Positions 37,146-50,089 of a DNA stretch of 64,000 nt are shown one piece after another. Position 1 is the stretch's first letter. The number at the start of each line of letters is the position of its first letter. The translations under genes were made by a program, and so were the position numbers. The stretch is taken from the NCBI GenBank assembly GCA_965655095.1, contig CBFHFQ010000299.1:1-64000 (forward strand), in the 5' to 3' direction. A model generated the notes under the pieces. That model did not search any database and had not been told where the DNA came from. It saw only the letters and a program-made list of their open reading frames with translations. This DNA comes from Haplodiscus bocki (taxonomy: Eukaryota).

Positions 37146-39399
37146 GGGACCAGGAATAATATCTAAAGGAATAATATCTAAAGTCTCAAGCACGGGAATA
37201 ATAACTAAAAAACCGGGAATAGTATCTGAAAACGGGAATAAGATCTAAAGTCGAGAATAAGGTCTAAACTTGGAAAACGTCAGAATCGACCAAAATCAAC
37301 CCAAATTACGAGAATAAGATCTAAAACGTCAGAAATGACCAAAATACGTCCAGATTTTGAGAATAAGATCTAAAAAGTCAGAATTGACTAAAAAACGTTC
37401 AGATTTCGAGAATAAGATCTGAAGCGCTAAACCGATCAAAATATGTCTAAACTCACAGGCAAAACGGAAGATACTCGAAAAATCAATTGAGCGCAAAACA
37501 GAATTATTATGACTCAGAGCTCAAAAACTTTTGCAATTTTTAAGTCAATTTTTGTGTGGCCTTTCAGACATTCATCTTCTTCAATGCAGATTGTGCTCAT
37601 CAAATGCCCACATGGATTCGCACAAAAATTAATTTTTTCCAATTCACACGCGCAACATTTTGTACAGTCTGTCTCATCTTCATCGCATTCGATTTCAACG
37701 CATTCGAGGGGATCGTCGGAGGTCATAAGGGGCACGTCATTTTCAATATTTTCCTGCCTTTTTTCCTCATCTGCCATTTTTTCGAAAGATTTCTCTGATA
37801 CGTGGGAGACGATTTGTAGAAATTCTTGCGCTGTGTAACGTCCCGTTGCCAATTTTCCCTCAGCTTCGCTAATGAATTTATCAGAAGCTTTAGATATTTT
37901 TCTCCTGTACCTTATTGTTAATATGCCCTCTCTCAACTGATTTGCCTCCAATTGATAAGCCTTTCCAACACTTTTCGGCTTAAGAAAAAACCAGACATTA
38001 GGCCGTTTCCAACCAATTCGTTTGCCGAAAGAGCTATGGAAGCCCTCGACTTCGGAATTAGTCCTGCGGAATTTACCATGAACAGAGAGCGTTTTTGGAT
38101 CCCTTGCTTGAATCCATTGCTTTTCAACATATGAATAGAACGTTGCCATAGCATCAAGAACATTGATTTCCAGTACGGATGGGCTCAACTCATAGAGAAC
38201 AGAATCGGTTAAATTCGTTGGAAGTAAAGGCAGGGCCATCAGTTGTTTGACCCAGCTAACAACTTCTTTCACTTTCACACATGAAAGCCCAAGCTGCCGC
38301 CATTTTCGATAAAAACTTTGGCGGTGATGGAACAAACATCTTTGCAAATTGGAACCAAATACAAATTTGATGGATGAAAATAGGGCAATCTCAAAATCAG
38401 AAAAAGATGTTTCTGGATTGAATTGTGGGGCCAATGATCTGATTTTAGGAAACACAGCATCATATTAAAGACGTGTCTTACAAGACATGAGGACATAAAA
38501 CACCGGTGTTGTTGTGGCCAAAGCAAGACAATGAATAATCAGTCGGGTAGAAATCGACGGGAACTGTTTTAAAAGTTGCATCAACATGAATACTGTGGAT
38601 TCTTTTCAAAAACGATAAATCAATATCGGCCAGAAATATTAGCGCGAATTCATCGTTGGCGGAAGCGAATGTTCTGTAAAAGATATTGCCATCATTTGTC
38701 CCGAAATCAGGGTTTTTCAACAAATTATCAAATTCCTCAACTTTGCAGGGAATAAGTGGGAAATTAATTGTTTGCTCTTCTTTTTCTCATGATTGACAAT
38801 ATTTTTGTAAAAATACTTATGTCAACATTTTCGGGGTTGATGTTTTTGTTATAAATATCCCTCGGCGCGAGAGTTGATGTTTCAGACTCGTTCTTTATTT
38901 TTGCTTCAATTTTTTGTTTTTTCGATCTCCGCAAAACTTTTTGGGTGATTCTGTTTTTGATTATTAAAAAACTTCCCGAATTCAATATAGGCTGTACCGG
39001 AACAGTCTTTTTTGTAGAGACCACACCACAAGTTGGTTTTATTTTTGTATTCATTGTTTTTTTGAATACATATACCCATCACAACAAAAAATGTTGGAGC
39101 CTTTTCGACGACCTTCAATTTTTTCATAGTTCATGATGCCCTGAAAAACTCAAGAAAATTATAGAAACAGGTATCGGATAACATTATTAATATCCAATAT
39201 TCCCGAAAAAAAGTACCCAGAAACAGGAAAGAGATCTAAAATTTAAAATATCGTCCTCAAAAACAGGTATCGAAAAACAGGAATAATATCTAAATCTTTA
39301 GATAAAATTCCCGAAAAATGATTCCAGCCATGTTAGTTTTAGATATTATTCCCGAATTTCGTTTATATATTATTCCTTTAGATACTACTCCGTTCTCCC
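37146..39399 (-). mobile_element. Mutator-like (MULE) DNA transposon, ~2.25 kb
   Basis: TIRs ggg(g)accaggaataatatctaaagg / cctttagatactactccgttctcc(c)c; approx. 9 bp TSD gatctagtg/cgtctagtg; subterminal gaataagatctaaa arrays. Confidence 0.88.
37514..39127 (-). pseudogene. FLYWCH-MULE transposase with C-terminal RING-like finger
   Basis: FLYWCH-like LWC..KKDCSGTA..NH; DATFK; SDFEIAL; CLFH; RTNSEVEGFH; tail CCAC..PCGH..STIC..CLKG; several frameshifts. Confidence 0.88.
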
Positions 39400-40439
39400 C
39401 GTCTAGTGAATCGGAAAAAGTGAATCATGACTTACGCAAATTTTTCGGTTGTTCGAATTTTTGATAAATTAGAGAGATCGAAAAATTCAAAAATTTAGGG
39501 GAAATTGTTGTTTTTTTTTGCAAAAATTTTGTTAGGTTTTTGTCTTTAAGGCTAGAAATAGTCCCAATTTTTTCAAAAAATTCCTAACTATTGAGTTTCA
39601 GAGAAAATTTTTTGATCCCAGAAATCGATCAATCATAAGGCTCCATTTGGCAGTTTCAGCAAAAAAAGTAGTCCCAAAAGAACAATCATCTACGTTATCT
39701 TTTCTAGAAAAATAAAGAAAAGGAAGAATACTTTTCGATCATATTTTTCGAGTACTTTTCGAATACTTTTTTTGCACTGGTGCCTGAGCTATTGTTGTTT
39801 CCGAAAATTTTTCTGCATTCAAAAATTTTCTCATTCTGACGAATTTGTTTCGAATTTTGCACTGCATCGGAGATTGACAACTGAGTCAATGAATACATTT
39901 AGTAGCCCCGGAAAGTTGGGAAATTTCGCAGACAAAACTAAATAAATTTTGCAAAGAACAATCAAAACCACCGCGAAATTGTGCAAATCTCATGAAAAAA
40001 ACCTAATAAATATCAAGGCCACAGATAAATTTTCGTCCCTGAACAATTTTGTATTAATTTTCTAAAATCATGCAAATAGTTTAAGGTATTTTGTAAAATC
40101 ATGTAAAATTTCAAAGGCAATAAGACTAGGGTAGGTTGTGTCTGGAAACTGCGGACATCTCTGCGGAGATTGGATGCAGATTAAATTTAAGCATTTAAGC
40201 CATTTGACTGGAAGCCGTCTTTTTGGAAGGAGTGGAAAATATTTTCTGTCAGTTAATGTTTTCATAACTGGGATTTCTTGTAAAAAGATTACAAAGTTGT
40301 TGCCGATCACAAAAAAAAACGAAAAAATTTGCTCCATTCCCAATCTCTGCGGCCATCTCATAATAGCATGCACTCGTCAGGGGTTACTGCAAGGAACTGG
40401 TTCACACCCAACTGCAAAATAAAAAAGCAACAATTGAAA

Positions 40440-41560
40440 AAAAGGAGATGGTAAATTAATCACTGTTCTGGGACTTTACAAAGCAATCGGAGAGGTAAGG
40501 ACTTCAACTAAATCACAAGACCCTGAAGAAATTTTTCCGATGATAGTCATTAACGTGGGAATACTAGTGAAGAAACTAGTTCTTATTTTTAAAGTCTTGG
40601 GGGAAGCGGCTTGGCATTTTACTCAATATCAAGTCTTCTTATCCAAACAAGAAAATTAATCCTATCTGAAAGTGGTTTAAATTAAACCGCCTACATTGTC
40701 TTCGTATTTTGAAAAGTTGCAGGAACGAGTTTTCAAAGAAAGCTTTTGCCGTCATTTGGAAAGCGGAGTTTTGTACGACCCAAAGCAAGAAGGTTTTAAA
40801 AGGAGCAAATTAAAAGAGCGCAATCTTCCCAATGTCACTAATCAGCTTGGGTCTTTTTTGAGGGGAAGACAAACCCCTGCAGTCATGATAAATTTGGTGG
40901 ACACAATCGATTCTGCGTAGAAAGAACGCTTGTTATAAGAAATGAGGAATCTGGGTTGTGCAGGGAAAACGTGGCTTTTTCTGAGAAATTTCCTCGAGAT
41001 AAGTTAGGTTAAACTCAGACTCCAAGCTTAAACAATTTGAGAATTCGCATTATTTGTTGGATTATTTCAAGGATCTGTGGTCTCTCCAATTTTTTTTCCA
41101 TTTACTTAAGTGACCTATGCCATCAATGTTTGGACAGAAACGTCAATTTTGCTGAAAGACTGACACACCTCACTGTTGAAAGCATGCTTTGTGAGAAAAA
41201 TGAGAAAAAGCAGTACGATTTGGACATTGTAACACACTAGTTACGTAACCAGGAACTAAAAACGTCTCCTGGTAATACTGGGGCCATAAAACGTAACAAA
41301 TTTTTTAACGCAAGGGAAGATATACCGATGTCAGGAGCAACTACGTTACCCAAGTCAATCGAGGTGGTAGGTGTGTGGGTGGATTCTCAATTAAAAGTTT
41401 GACGAGCATATGCAGGCAGCAACTGAACAGAAAAGTAGAAAGAAAATTACATGATTGTATAAATATCAAAATTCACGTTTTAATCACCTTAATAAAAACG
41501 GTGGTTTTACCTTCCTGGACCTATTTGGTTTTTCCATAGACAGATGAAACAAAACTTTGT
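40440..41560 (+). mobile_element. Decayed LINE RT remnant
   Basis: KQEGFKRS, FFSIYLSDL and GVWVDSQLK fragments. Confidence 0.55.
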
Positions 41561-41969
41561 AAACCTCCCTTTCGATTGACTTCCTGAAAAAAACTGGTAC
41601 CGATTTAAACCCGAAGAAAGAGCGTTTGGAAATAATAGTCATTGTGACGTTTTTTGAGATCGGGCTGTCATGTCATGCAGCTACGTCTATAATGACAGTG
41701 GACGAGGACTCGACAATTGACATGATACAAGTTACAAGGTTTTTTTGACCAAATCTATGCACTAAAGGTCGAAAACTGGAAGACAATGGCTGTTTTCTGG
41801 CTCAAAAATGACTCTGTCGAAAAGTCGTGGAATACCAGAGGTGTTTTTCTGCCGAGAAATAATAATAAACGATAATCGCGACAGTTTGTGTCTCTTCCGA
41901 GAGAGCAGTCGCTCCTCGGGGCTTCCCTAGTTGCAAGAGAGAAGAGTCCCTGGGTCAAAATTTTTTGAG

Positions 41970-42115
41970 AAAACGCCGCTCTTTTTCCGGTATAGTGGCG
42001 TAAACGCCGCTAACGCCGCTAACTTACAAGCAAAACGCCGTTAACGCCTTTATACCGAAAAGGAACGCCGTTAACGCCTTTAGCGTTCCGGTTGAACGCT
42101 GTTAACGTTGTTATA
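41970..42115. repeat. Short AACGCC(G) repeat cluster
   Basis: About 8 copies of aacgcc/aacgct; possibly a transposon subterminal array. Confidence 0.7.
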
Positions 42116-42279
42116 CCAGAAAAAACATGTTTCTACAAAAAATCTGAATTTCTCACTCCATGAAGACAGAGAAACTCATGGTCAATCATTTTTTTGACAA
42201 AGGATTAGGAGGCTTTAAGAGCATATTTCCTCGAAAGTGTAGGAGAACTGTCGGGACTGGAGTCCGGGCCTGAACGTGG

Positions 42280-43480
42280 CGGCATTGGTAGTGTCATTGA
42301 ACTTGCCACGGCCAAACAAGTGTACAAAAAAGTTGATAATTTTACTAATTGACTAGTTGGGGTCTTGCAGAAGTTTTCACAGTTTTAACCTAAAGGCCTG
42401 TCTCAAAATAATTTTGGTTTATTTCATCCTGGTTACAAGGTCCATCTTCAGCTGTTGCCTTTGGAGTTTTGGGGTTCCTATGTTTTGTTCTCTAATGCCA
42501 AACGTGCAAGTTTTGAGTTTTTGGTCTGAATTAGTCTACCGGTTAATAGGTGAAACTCATGTTTTCGGAAGGACCTTCATTTTTTGTATTTTTCTTTGTA
42601 ATCGTGGATCTTTGAATTTGCTCCGACACCTGGTATACCTGTCAATGGCATTGACCATGTCAACACCAGCCGAGACACCGTAAAAGTTGAGCATGTCAAG
42701 ACTTCACGTTTTAATTCTGGTGTTGCAAAGTTCCAACGGTTTTGATCTGAATGCTTTCTTCAATTTTTCTGCAGTTTATTTCTTGCTAGTTACAAGGTCC
42801 GTCGTTGAATGCTGCCTTTGGGAGGCGTTTGTTTCATGGGGTTGTTTGGGTGAGGCTAGAAGTGTATTTTATTTTTTTTTTCGTCTGAAATCCGCAAACT
42901 TTTTCCCCTTAGAACCCATGTTTTCGGGAGTTCCTTCCTTTCTTTGTACTTTTTGCTTTTATTGATGGGGCTTTGAAATTGCACCTGAACGTTTCAGCCC
43001 TGCCAGCATCAGTGACTTTGTCATCACCAGCCAAGACTACATAAAAGTTGAACATGTCAGGACTTGACTTCTTAATTCTAGTCTGCAAAGTTCCAACAGT
43101 TTTATCCTGAATGCTTTTTTCAAGTTTTCTGCAGTTTATTTCTTGCTGGTTCCAAGGTCCGTCGTCTTTTTATGCAATTAGGGGCCACGTGTTTCACGGG
43201 GTTGTTTGGTTGAGGCTAGAAATGTGTTTTTTTGAATTTCCAAATTGTTTACCGTTAAAACCCATGTTTTCGAAAGGTACTTCATTTTTTGTACATTTTG
43301 TTTGTAATGATGGGGTTTTGAATTTTCACCTACACGTCATAGCTCTGCCAGTGTCAGTGACCATGTCATGGCCAGCCAAGACTGCAAAAGTTTTGAACAT
43401 GTTAGGACTTGGATTCTTAGTTCTCGTTTTGCAAAGTTCCAAAAGATCCGATCTGAATGTTTTTCTTTTCAAGTTTTGAT
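42280..43480. repeat. Diverged tandem repeat, ~350-360 bp unit, ~3.3 copies
   Basis: ccagccaagac..gaacatgt..gcaaagttccaa block at ~42666, ~43027, ~43372, with a weaker copy at ~42310. Confidence 0.85.
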
Positions 43481-44334
43481 TCAACGGGCAAACCGTTTTG
43501 AGCTTCAGACCAAAAAATTGCAGAAAAAAGAGTATCAACCTTGCATAAAAAAACAGTTGAACGCAAGGACTCTGCAAAGGACAATTTAACATTTCCCCTG
43601 TAAACAGTAGAGTACTATGTAAACTGGCATTTGACGCCAAAAGACGCAGACGCAACGGAATTTGACACCCTAAGTTGCGGCGCTGTAAAAAAATTAAGTC
43701 AACAATTATAATAAAAAAAATTACCCACCCTCTTTCTCCATCATATTTCCATAAACATAGAATTGATAAATATGTTACACTGGAAATTACACTTAGAATT
43801 ACACAAAAGTTTACACTGTAGTGTCGTTTTTTGTGTAAAATACACTGGAGTGTCGTTTTTTGTGTAAAAATTTACTGGCTGGCGAATGACAAAAAAGTCA
43901 TACACATTTTTTTCCCGACCATAGGCTGGAAAAAATGCACCTGCACATTTACGAAATCAGCCAGTGGATTATTTTTTTGTCTCAAACGAAAACACGATTT
44001 CTCAGAAATAAGTGTACTAGCATGAAGACTAGCACATAGTTTTTTAAGGATATCTCCATGAATACTTGTCCGATTGACTTCAAATAAAAACTGACGTAAA
44101 TTTGAGCGAATTGAGATTTTTGTTTCGAGAAAAAATAGTATTTGTACAAGTATAAGAATAAATCTACTATTATTTGTATTTGAACAAGCGTTATTATAAA
44201 TTTTTATTTGTAAAATTTGTACAAGTATAAGAATAAATATACTATTGATCGTATTTGAATAAGTACTTCTTTTTACAAGTATAAGAGTAAATATATTTGA
44301 ATAGGTGTTAATATAAAATTATGTACAATTATTA

Positions 44335-44800
44335 GTTTACTTGATTGAGCCAATTGTGACATGTAAGGCGAAAAGGATTATTTTAATCATTGCAAAATTA
44401 ATCTACATATTGTTGAATTTGTGAGATTTTTTTGAAAAATTAACTATGCATTTTTGATATTCGATGTTTTACATAAAAACCTATGTTTATATTGCGTTGA
44501 TGTGAAAAAATTTTTATTGTTAGTTTGTTTATATGTAAAAAAATAAAACCATTTTCTCGAGCAACTTTTAATTTGTTGTTTAGATCGTACAAATCCATGT
44601 TTTTACCTCTGACTGTAAACTTAATCATGTCATTATTTGCGATAATTTTAAATTTAATGTCATAAATATATTCATTTTTAAGTTTATGAAAATAATTTTT
44701 GTGACAGTCTCTAAAAAAATTGTCTAATATAGAATCTGTTTCACCACAAAGCGGGTTATCAAATTTTTATTTTTTAACAAGACATAAATCGCTTTCATTT
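44335..44800 (-). pseudogene. Hypothetical Polinton 2 protein
   Basis: One frame of ~150 codons with few stops (DSILDNFFRDCHKNYFHK...LKVARENGFIF), containing ORF 44440-44628. Confidence 0.45.
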
Positions 44801-44863
44801 AATTATCAGAAACAAAATATTTTTTCTACAATAGACTACAAGGTATTCAAATTTTACCAATGA

Positions 44864-44870
<7 letters not shown>

Positions 44871-44894
<24 letters not shown>
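44871..44894. repeat. (TA)n microsatellite
   Basis: 12 TA units immediately before ATG 44898. Confidence 0.9.
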
Positions 44895-44897
44895 AAA

Positions 44898-45197
44898 ATG
44901 CCAACTATAATACAAGATTTATATGAGGAAATAACCAATGAATTAGAAAACTTGAAAACTGATAAAGATGAAGATCAAGTCATTGTTATTAATTTATTAA
45001 CAACACTTCAATGTTTAAGTTATGATGTTTACAATAATAAAATTGATATGGATTTCTCAAACAAAGTTGAAGTTAATAAACAAAATAAACAAACTGTAAT
45101 GAAAAGTGAAAATGTTAATGTTTTCAAATCTGCAATACAAAAATTTCAGAAACTAAAGATAATGACAATAGTTGCAGTATATGAAAGAAATCCATAG
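44898..45197 (+). CDS. Hypothetical 99 aa Polinton 2 protein
   Basis: Open ATG-started frame, helical-looking; no family recognised. Confidence 0.4.
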   Translation: MPTIIQDLYEEITNELENLKTDKDEDQVIVINLLTTLQCLSYDVYNNKIDMDFSNKVEVNKQNKQTVMKSENVNVFKSAIQKFQKLKIMTIVAVYERNP

Positions 45198-45254
45198 ATT
45201 TGGTACGGATGATTATATGAAAATCAAATCCAAGAAAAACTTTTATTATCTAAA

Positions 45255-48200
45255 AAATTCCTTTTATTATCGAAAAAAGATAGCTTTGGGTTTCTTTGTT
45301 ATTTCTCGAAGCTGCATTTCATGGTTAATTGAACGAAGAATATAATTATTACTTTCTCTTGGAATTTTTTTTCCATATAAACATTTTTCATATTCTTCAA
45401 ATTCATTATGTTTGGATTGAGATTTAGAAATTCTTTTTATTTTATTTTTATTTTCCATCTTATTTTTACGTTTAAACGAAAAAACCTTTGATCTTAAACA
45501 AATAAATTCATCTATCCAAATAGTTTCAGGAGTCTATAACTTAAATTTAGCAACCACTTTTTGCTTTTTATTACTATATAAATGTTGATTTTCATCTATA
45601 TTACTGATATCGAATATATCTTCTCAATTTTTCGAACCTTTAATAATATTTTCTGTTCTCATACTCAATATCAAACCATCCGTTTCTATATAGTGTAATT
45701 GTAAAATTTCCAGTTCAAAATATGGTTGTAATTTATCATAATAGGTTTCATACAGGTGTCATTCACTTAATTCCAGGATAGCAAAACCAACATAGATAGC
45801 CTTATCCATAATCACTTGGTTTTGTTTGAATGTATAACTATCATAGTTTTCATATGAGTTATGAATACCACTGAACAATAATTTCGATTGTTGTTTAATT
45901 TTTTTTTAATATCGTCTTTTGTAAATTATTTCTAAACCTAAACGGTTGCGAACGTTTTCAAAAAATTAACCAAAAGCAGCATTGACAAGTAATTTAAAGA
46001 AGTCTTTCTCAAAATCATTTCTAGCTCTGTTTCGTTTTTATGTATCAAAACTAATGTACTTTTCTGACCACTTACTCTGTTTAAATGAAATAAATTCACG
46101 AATTCTTTTAACTATGATACCATGTCTAATAAAGGACTTTAGCAATCTATATTGAATCGAATACTTCTTATCATTAGACCAATCACATAATAATTTTTTA
46201 CCTTTTGTAATTTTTCCAAGTTTGGTTTTTTCATATAATCATTATATTCATTTTTATCTATAATTTTATTTTCAGGAACAAATGGAAAAATTTTTGTTAT
46301 TCCTTTTATATCATCAGGATACTTTAAGTCAACTTCAATGGAATAACGAATATCATTATCATCTGGAGTATTTGAAATTTCTTCTAATTTAATCATATAA
46401 AGATCTGGATGATGATGCCACATTTCGATTCCATCAGATGGTAACGATTGTGGCATCGAGTGACCGTATAAACTGGAGTCATCCATATAAATTAGCTTTT
46501 TATTATCACTCGATATACCATATCTATCACCCATCACTGATGAAAAACCTGCACCTATTTTATTCTCTAATAACAAAATCAAATCTTTATCTTGTAAGGT
46601 TTGCAGTTTAATATCAGTATTTTTCAAAGCACATTGATAAGTATACCCAGGTAGAGAGATACAAAATAGAGGAATAATACTATATTCTTTGGTAGATTTT
46701 TTTTAAAAATTTTTCAAAAACATCAGCTAATAAAATAGCATCACTTTTACAATATAATTTAGTTATTTCTTCTCCATTTTTAACATCAAACAATTTAAAA
46801 ATTTCTCTTGTTCGTTCTATTTCATCATCCTCAGGACATTTGTTTTTTAAATTACTGATGACCCCTTCTTTTTTTAAATAATTAACAGGTTTTTGATAAT
46901 CAACAACACTATTGAAATATTGATATTGGTATGCTAATTTTTTATTGAAGTATTGCCAGTTGTCAGGAAACTCTTTTTTTTCAAAATCACAAAGTCATCA
47001 ATATCTAAATTTTTAACTAATTCATCAAGACTACTTGATAAAATTCTGTAAGTGTCTATGAATCTAATACAATCATAACTTACTGAAATGTATTCTTCCT
47101 TGATTTTGGGAATAATTTTATTTTTTACTTCGTTATTTTTTAAATCAGCTAGTCTCTTGAAGAACAAATGAAAATCATAATTATTAAAATTGTGAAACAT
47201 GAATGGAACAAAGTTACTTTGTTGCAGAGTAACCTTGATATTACAAGTGTTATGAGCTGGGCCTCTGTATTTACCTGTTAAGTGACAATGATCTCTTACT
47301 TTATCATATTCTTTTTTTTCTCAGAAAATCGACAGATATTATTATCTCTATAATCTTCTTCAACTTTCTCTGTCTTTTTGATATTCTCCTTAGTGTTCTT
47401 AAAGTAAAAGTTCATTTAAATTTCTAGTTTTATAGCTTCACCCACAAACCAATCTACATTATCATAAACTAGAGGGAATTCATAATAACTACTTCTTAAA
47501 ACATCTTCTAATTCAGATGTTTTGTGATAACCATTATGTACTGGGTTTTGTTTTTAAATAGTAGTTGTTTTATGACCTATACTAGGATTATCAATTTCAT
47601 TATCAGCTTCAAAATCTGCATAAAGTCCAAGAAGTAAAAGAATCTTATGAAATTGTTTATTCCATTGAATTTGTGATTCATTTGATGTTTTAATAGTACA
47701 TATATTATCATCTCCACATTTTTCTTTATGATTTGTTAAAGCATTTTCACTGGTAAATGAATCCAAACATCGTCCACAGATGAACTTGTGGTGAATTCCT
47801 ATAAACCTATTTAATGCTTTAATTAGAGCATAATGATTTTCGTAATTTATAAGGTCAACAACTCTAACTGATTCATTTCTACTAAATTCAGTAGGGATTA
47901 GTTTGTGTTTCCATTTATTTTGATCTTGATAAAAGTTTAATTCAAATATGTTTATAGATAAACTGTTCAATTTCTCAAATCTATGAACATCACTACATCT
48001 GAATCCATTTATAAAATAAAAACCCCCAATGTTTAATTCAATGAAATATTGTACTTAATTTTCTACTCTTGAAGGATGACTGCTTTCACAAGGGTGTCAA
48101 TCAGCTAAAATTGACCATAAAAAACAATACTTACCATTATTCTTTTTATTTAAGATAGCGTTTGGTCTCAAAGGAATTTTAACATAACTCCAACCATTCA

Positions 48201-48898
48201 ATTCACCTATTTTATAAAATGTTATTTTCAATGATTAAATTTTATCAAAGATCCACCCACTTTTCTTCTTTTCTTGTATTTCAATTTGATTTTCTAATTG
48301 AGATTTAACATCAATTTTATTAATATCAGATTCTGTTATATTATGATTAATATTCAAAATAATATATAATTCGAATTCATTATCTCTCTAATCTTCTTCA
48401 ATAATGTTATAAAAGCTAGCTGAAAAAATGTGTGAAATTTAAATTTATATTTATTTTTTATTCTAGCTTAATTAATAGTAATTTCTTTTAGGATTTTGTT
48501 AATATATCCTGTTTCATTTCCGACTTCTGGAAAATTAGGAATAATGTTTAGGAGAGAGTTTGTATGATTAACATGATGACTTTCTAGATTATTTTTGAAA
48601 CCAATTTTTAAATTTTCATTGATAAATTAAAATGGATTAATCATCTTTTCAGCCAATTATCTTTTCTAATTCTTTTTAATCTAATTTATTGTTTTTTCTA
48701 GCTATTCGTTTTAAGGTTTTTGGGTTTGCATACTTTTTTTATTTCTTCTTTAATAGGTGCTTGCTCTTCTTTAAATAACCATTCTGGTATATTTATTTCA
48801 TTTTGTTTTTTTTGAATGATTTTTGCTTCTCAAGTGTTTTGCATAAGGTGCTCTAAAACATTAACTTTACAAAAGTCACTTATACGGCTATTTTCCAT
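45255..48898 (-). pseudogene. Protein-primed DNA polymerase B of Polinton 2
   Basis: N-terminal Zn finger, YADFE, VRDHCHLTGKYRGPAHNTCN, FHNFNNYD, YMDDSSLYGHSM, KLLVNAAFG, YIETDG. Confidence 0.95.
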
Positions 48899-48949
48899 TT
48901 TGCGCCTCTTTTTATATAGGATTAATTTATTTAAAATAAAAACACTTCA

Positions 48950-49240
48950 ATTTAATAAATAAAGGTAAGCAAAAGTTTGCACTCAATGTAATGTAGAAAA
49001 AAATATTGAAGTTTAATACAACAAATATACAGAATGTGAAATTTGTAACAGAAATAGAAGTTTGAAACGTTACCATGAAAAGAAGAATAAGTTATCTAAT
49101 CAACGAAAGTTAATTTATGAAAAAAAATAGAGATAGACTATTACAAAAAAAAACAATAGATATTTGAATTATAAAGAATTACTCAGATCCTATGTTGAAT
49201 TAGAAAACCAGTTGAAAATGATGGAAGAAAATTTCGGAGA
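48950..49240 (+). pseudogene. Small CxxC-CxxC basic protein upstream of the integrase
   Basis: KVCTQCNVEKN..TECEICN; same position and N-terminal pattern as 14500 but no nuclease domain. Confidence 0.45.
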
Positions 49241-49242
49241 AA

Positions 49243-50089
49243 ATGACTCAGAAAACAATTAAAATCTTTATAAACGAAATTTATAGCAAACCAGCAAAAA
49301 AGAATTATGTCACAAACAAAACTGATGTTCATCATATCGATGACATTTGGAGTTTAGATATATTAGAATTGAAAGATTATGGACCTGAAAACAATAGAGG
49401 TCACAGATATCTTTTGGTTATCATAGACATTTTTCCAAAATTTGGTTGGACAGTTCCTTTAAAAAATAAAAACGCTCAAAAAAAGGCTCTTTCGGAGGTA
49501 CTTTGATAATGTCAAAAAGAAAACCAAATTTTTTCGAATCTGATCGAGGTAGAGAATTTTATGATAATATTTTTCAAGACTCCCTAAATAAAAACAATTT
49601 TAAACTCTATTCTAGAAAAACTTTCGTAGGAGCTGTTTTTGAAGAAAGATTTAATCATACTTTTGGAGATCTCCTTAAAAAACTTGTTTTAAAAAAGGAG
49701 AAAGCAATTGGAATGATGTATTACCTACAATAACAAAAATATATAATAATAAAATACATTCATCAACTAAGTTGACGCCGATTCAAGCTAGTTTAGAAAA
49801 GAATGAAGGTTATGTTCACAATAATTTGATAGACAAATGTAAGAAAGTGAAACCAAAGTTTCAAATAAACAAACTTGTTGGAACAGCAGATTTAAAGAGA
49901 GCTTTGTCAAAAAGAGATACATCAAATTGGTCGTATAATTTGTACAAAATCAAAGAACTTTTTAATGATACAATACCGAGTTATCGCATTGACAATTTAC
50001 CAGAAAAATATTTTGAAGCCTTACTAAAATTGTCAAATTTAACAATGAAAAGAAAACAAAGATGTTATGAAAAAATTAACTATCACTTA
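49243..50089 (+). pseudogene. rve integrase of Polinton 2
   Basis: IWSLDILEL, YLLVIIDIFPKFGW, ESDRGREFY, ERFNHT, YNNKIHSST. Confidence 0.92.

Larger units (their letters stand above)
25050..39600 (-). mobile_element. APE-type LINE (CR1/L2-group-like) split by three nested insertions
   Basis: ORF1 36375-37127; ORF2 pieces SWNV/LCET/GRPRRGLAI (36370-36075), CINSPP (29277-29223), IMSGDFN (27590-27535), DFEKTFD, GVPQGDQLSP, YADDL (~26036-26050); AATAAA near 25058 on minus. 5' limit approximate. Confidence 0.85.

Noticed and set aside
31181-38134. Short plus-strand ORFs opposite gag-pol, LINE ORF1 and the MULE transposase
   Set aside because: Antisense shadows of real coding frames with no independent motifs.
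43780-44140. TIR for Polinton 2
   Set aside because: No AGTAGT terminus or inverted partner near 53770 could be found; only short tacactgg repeats.
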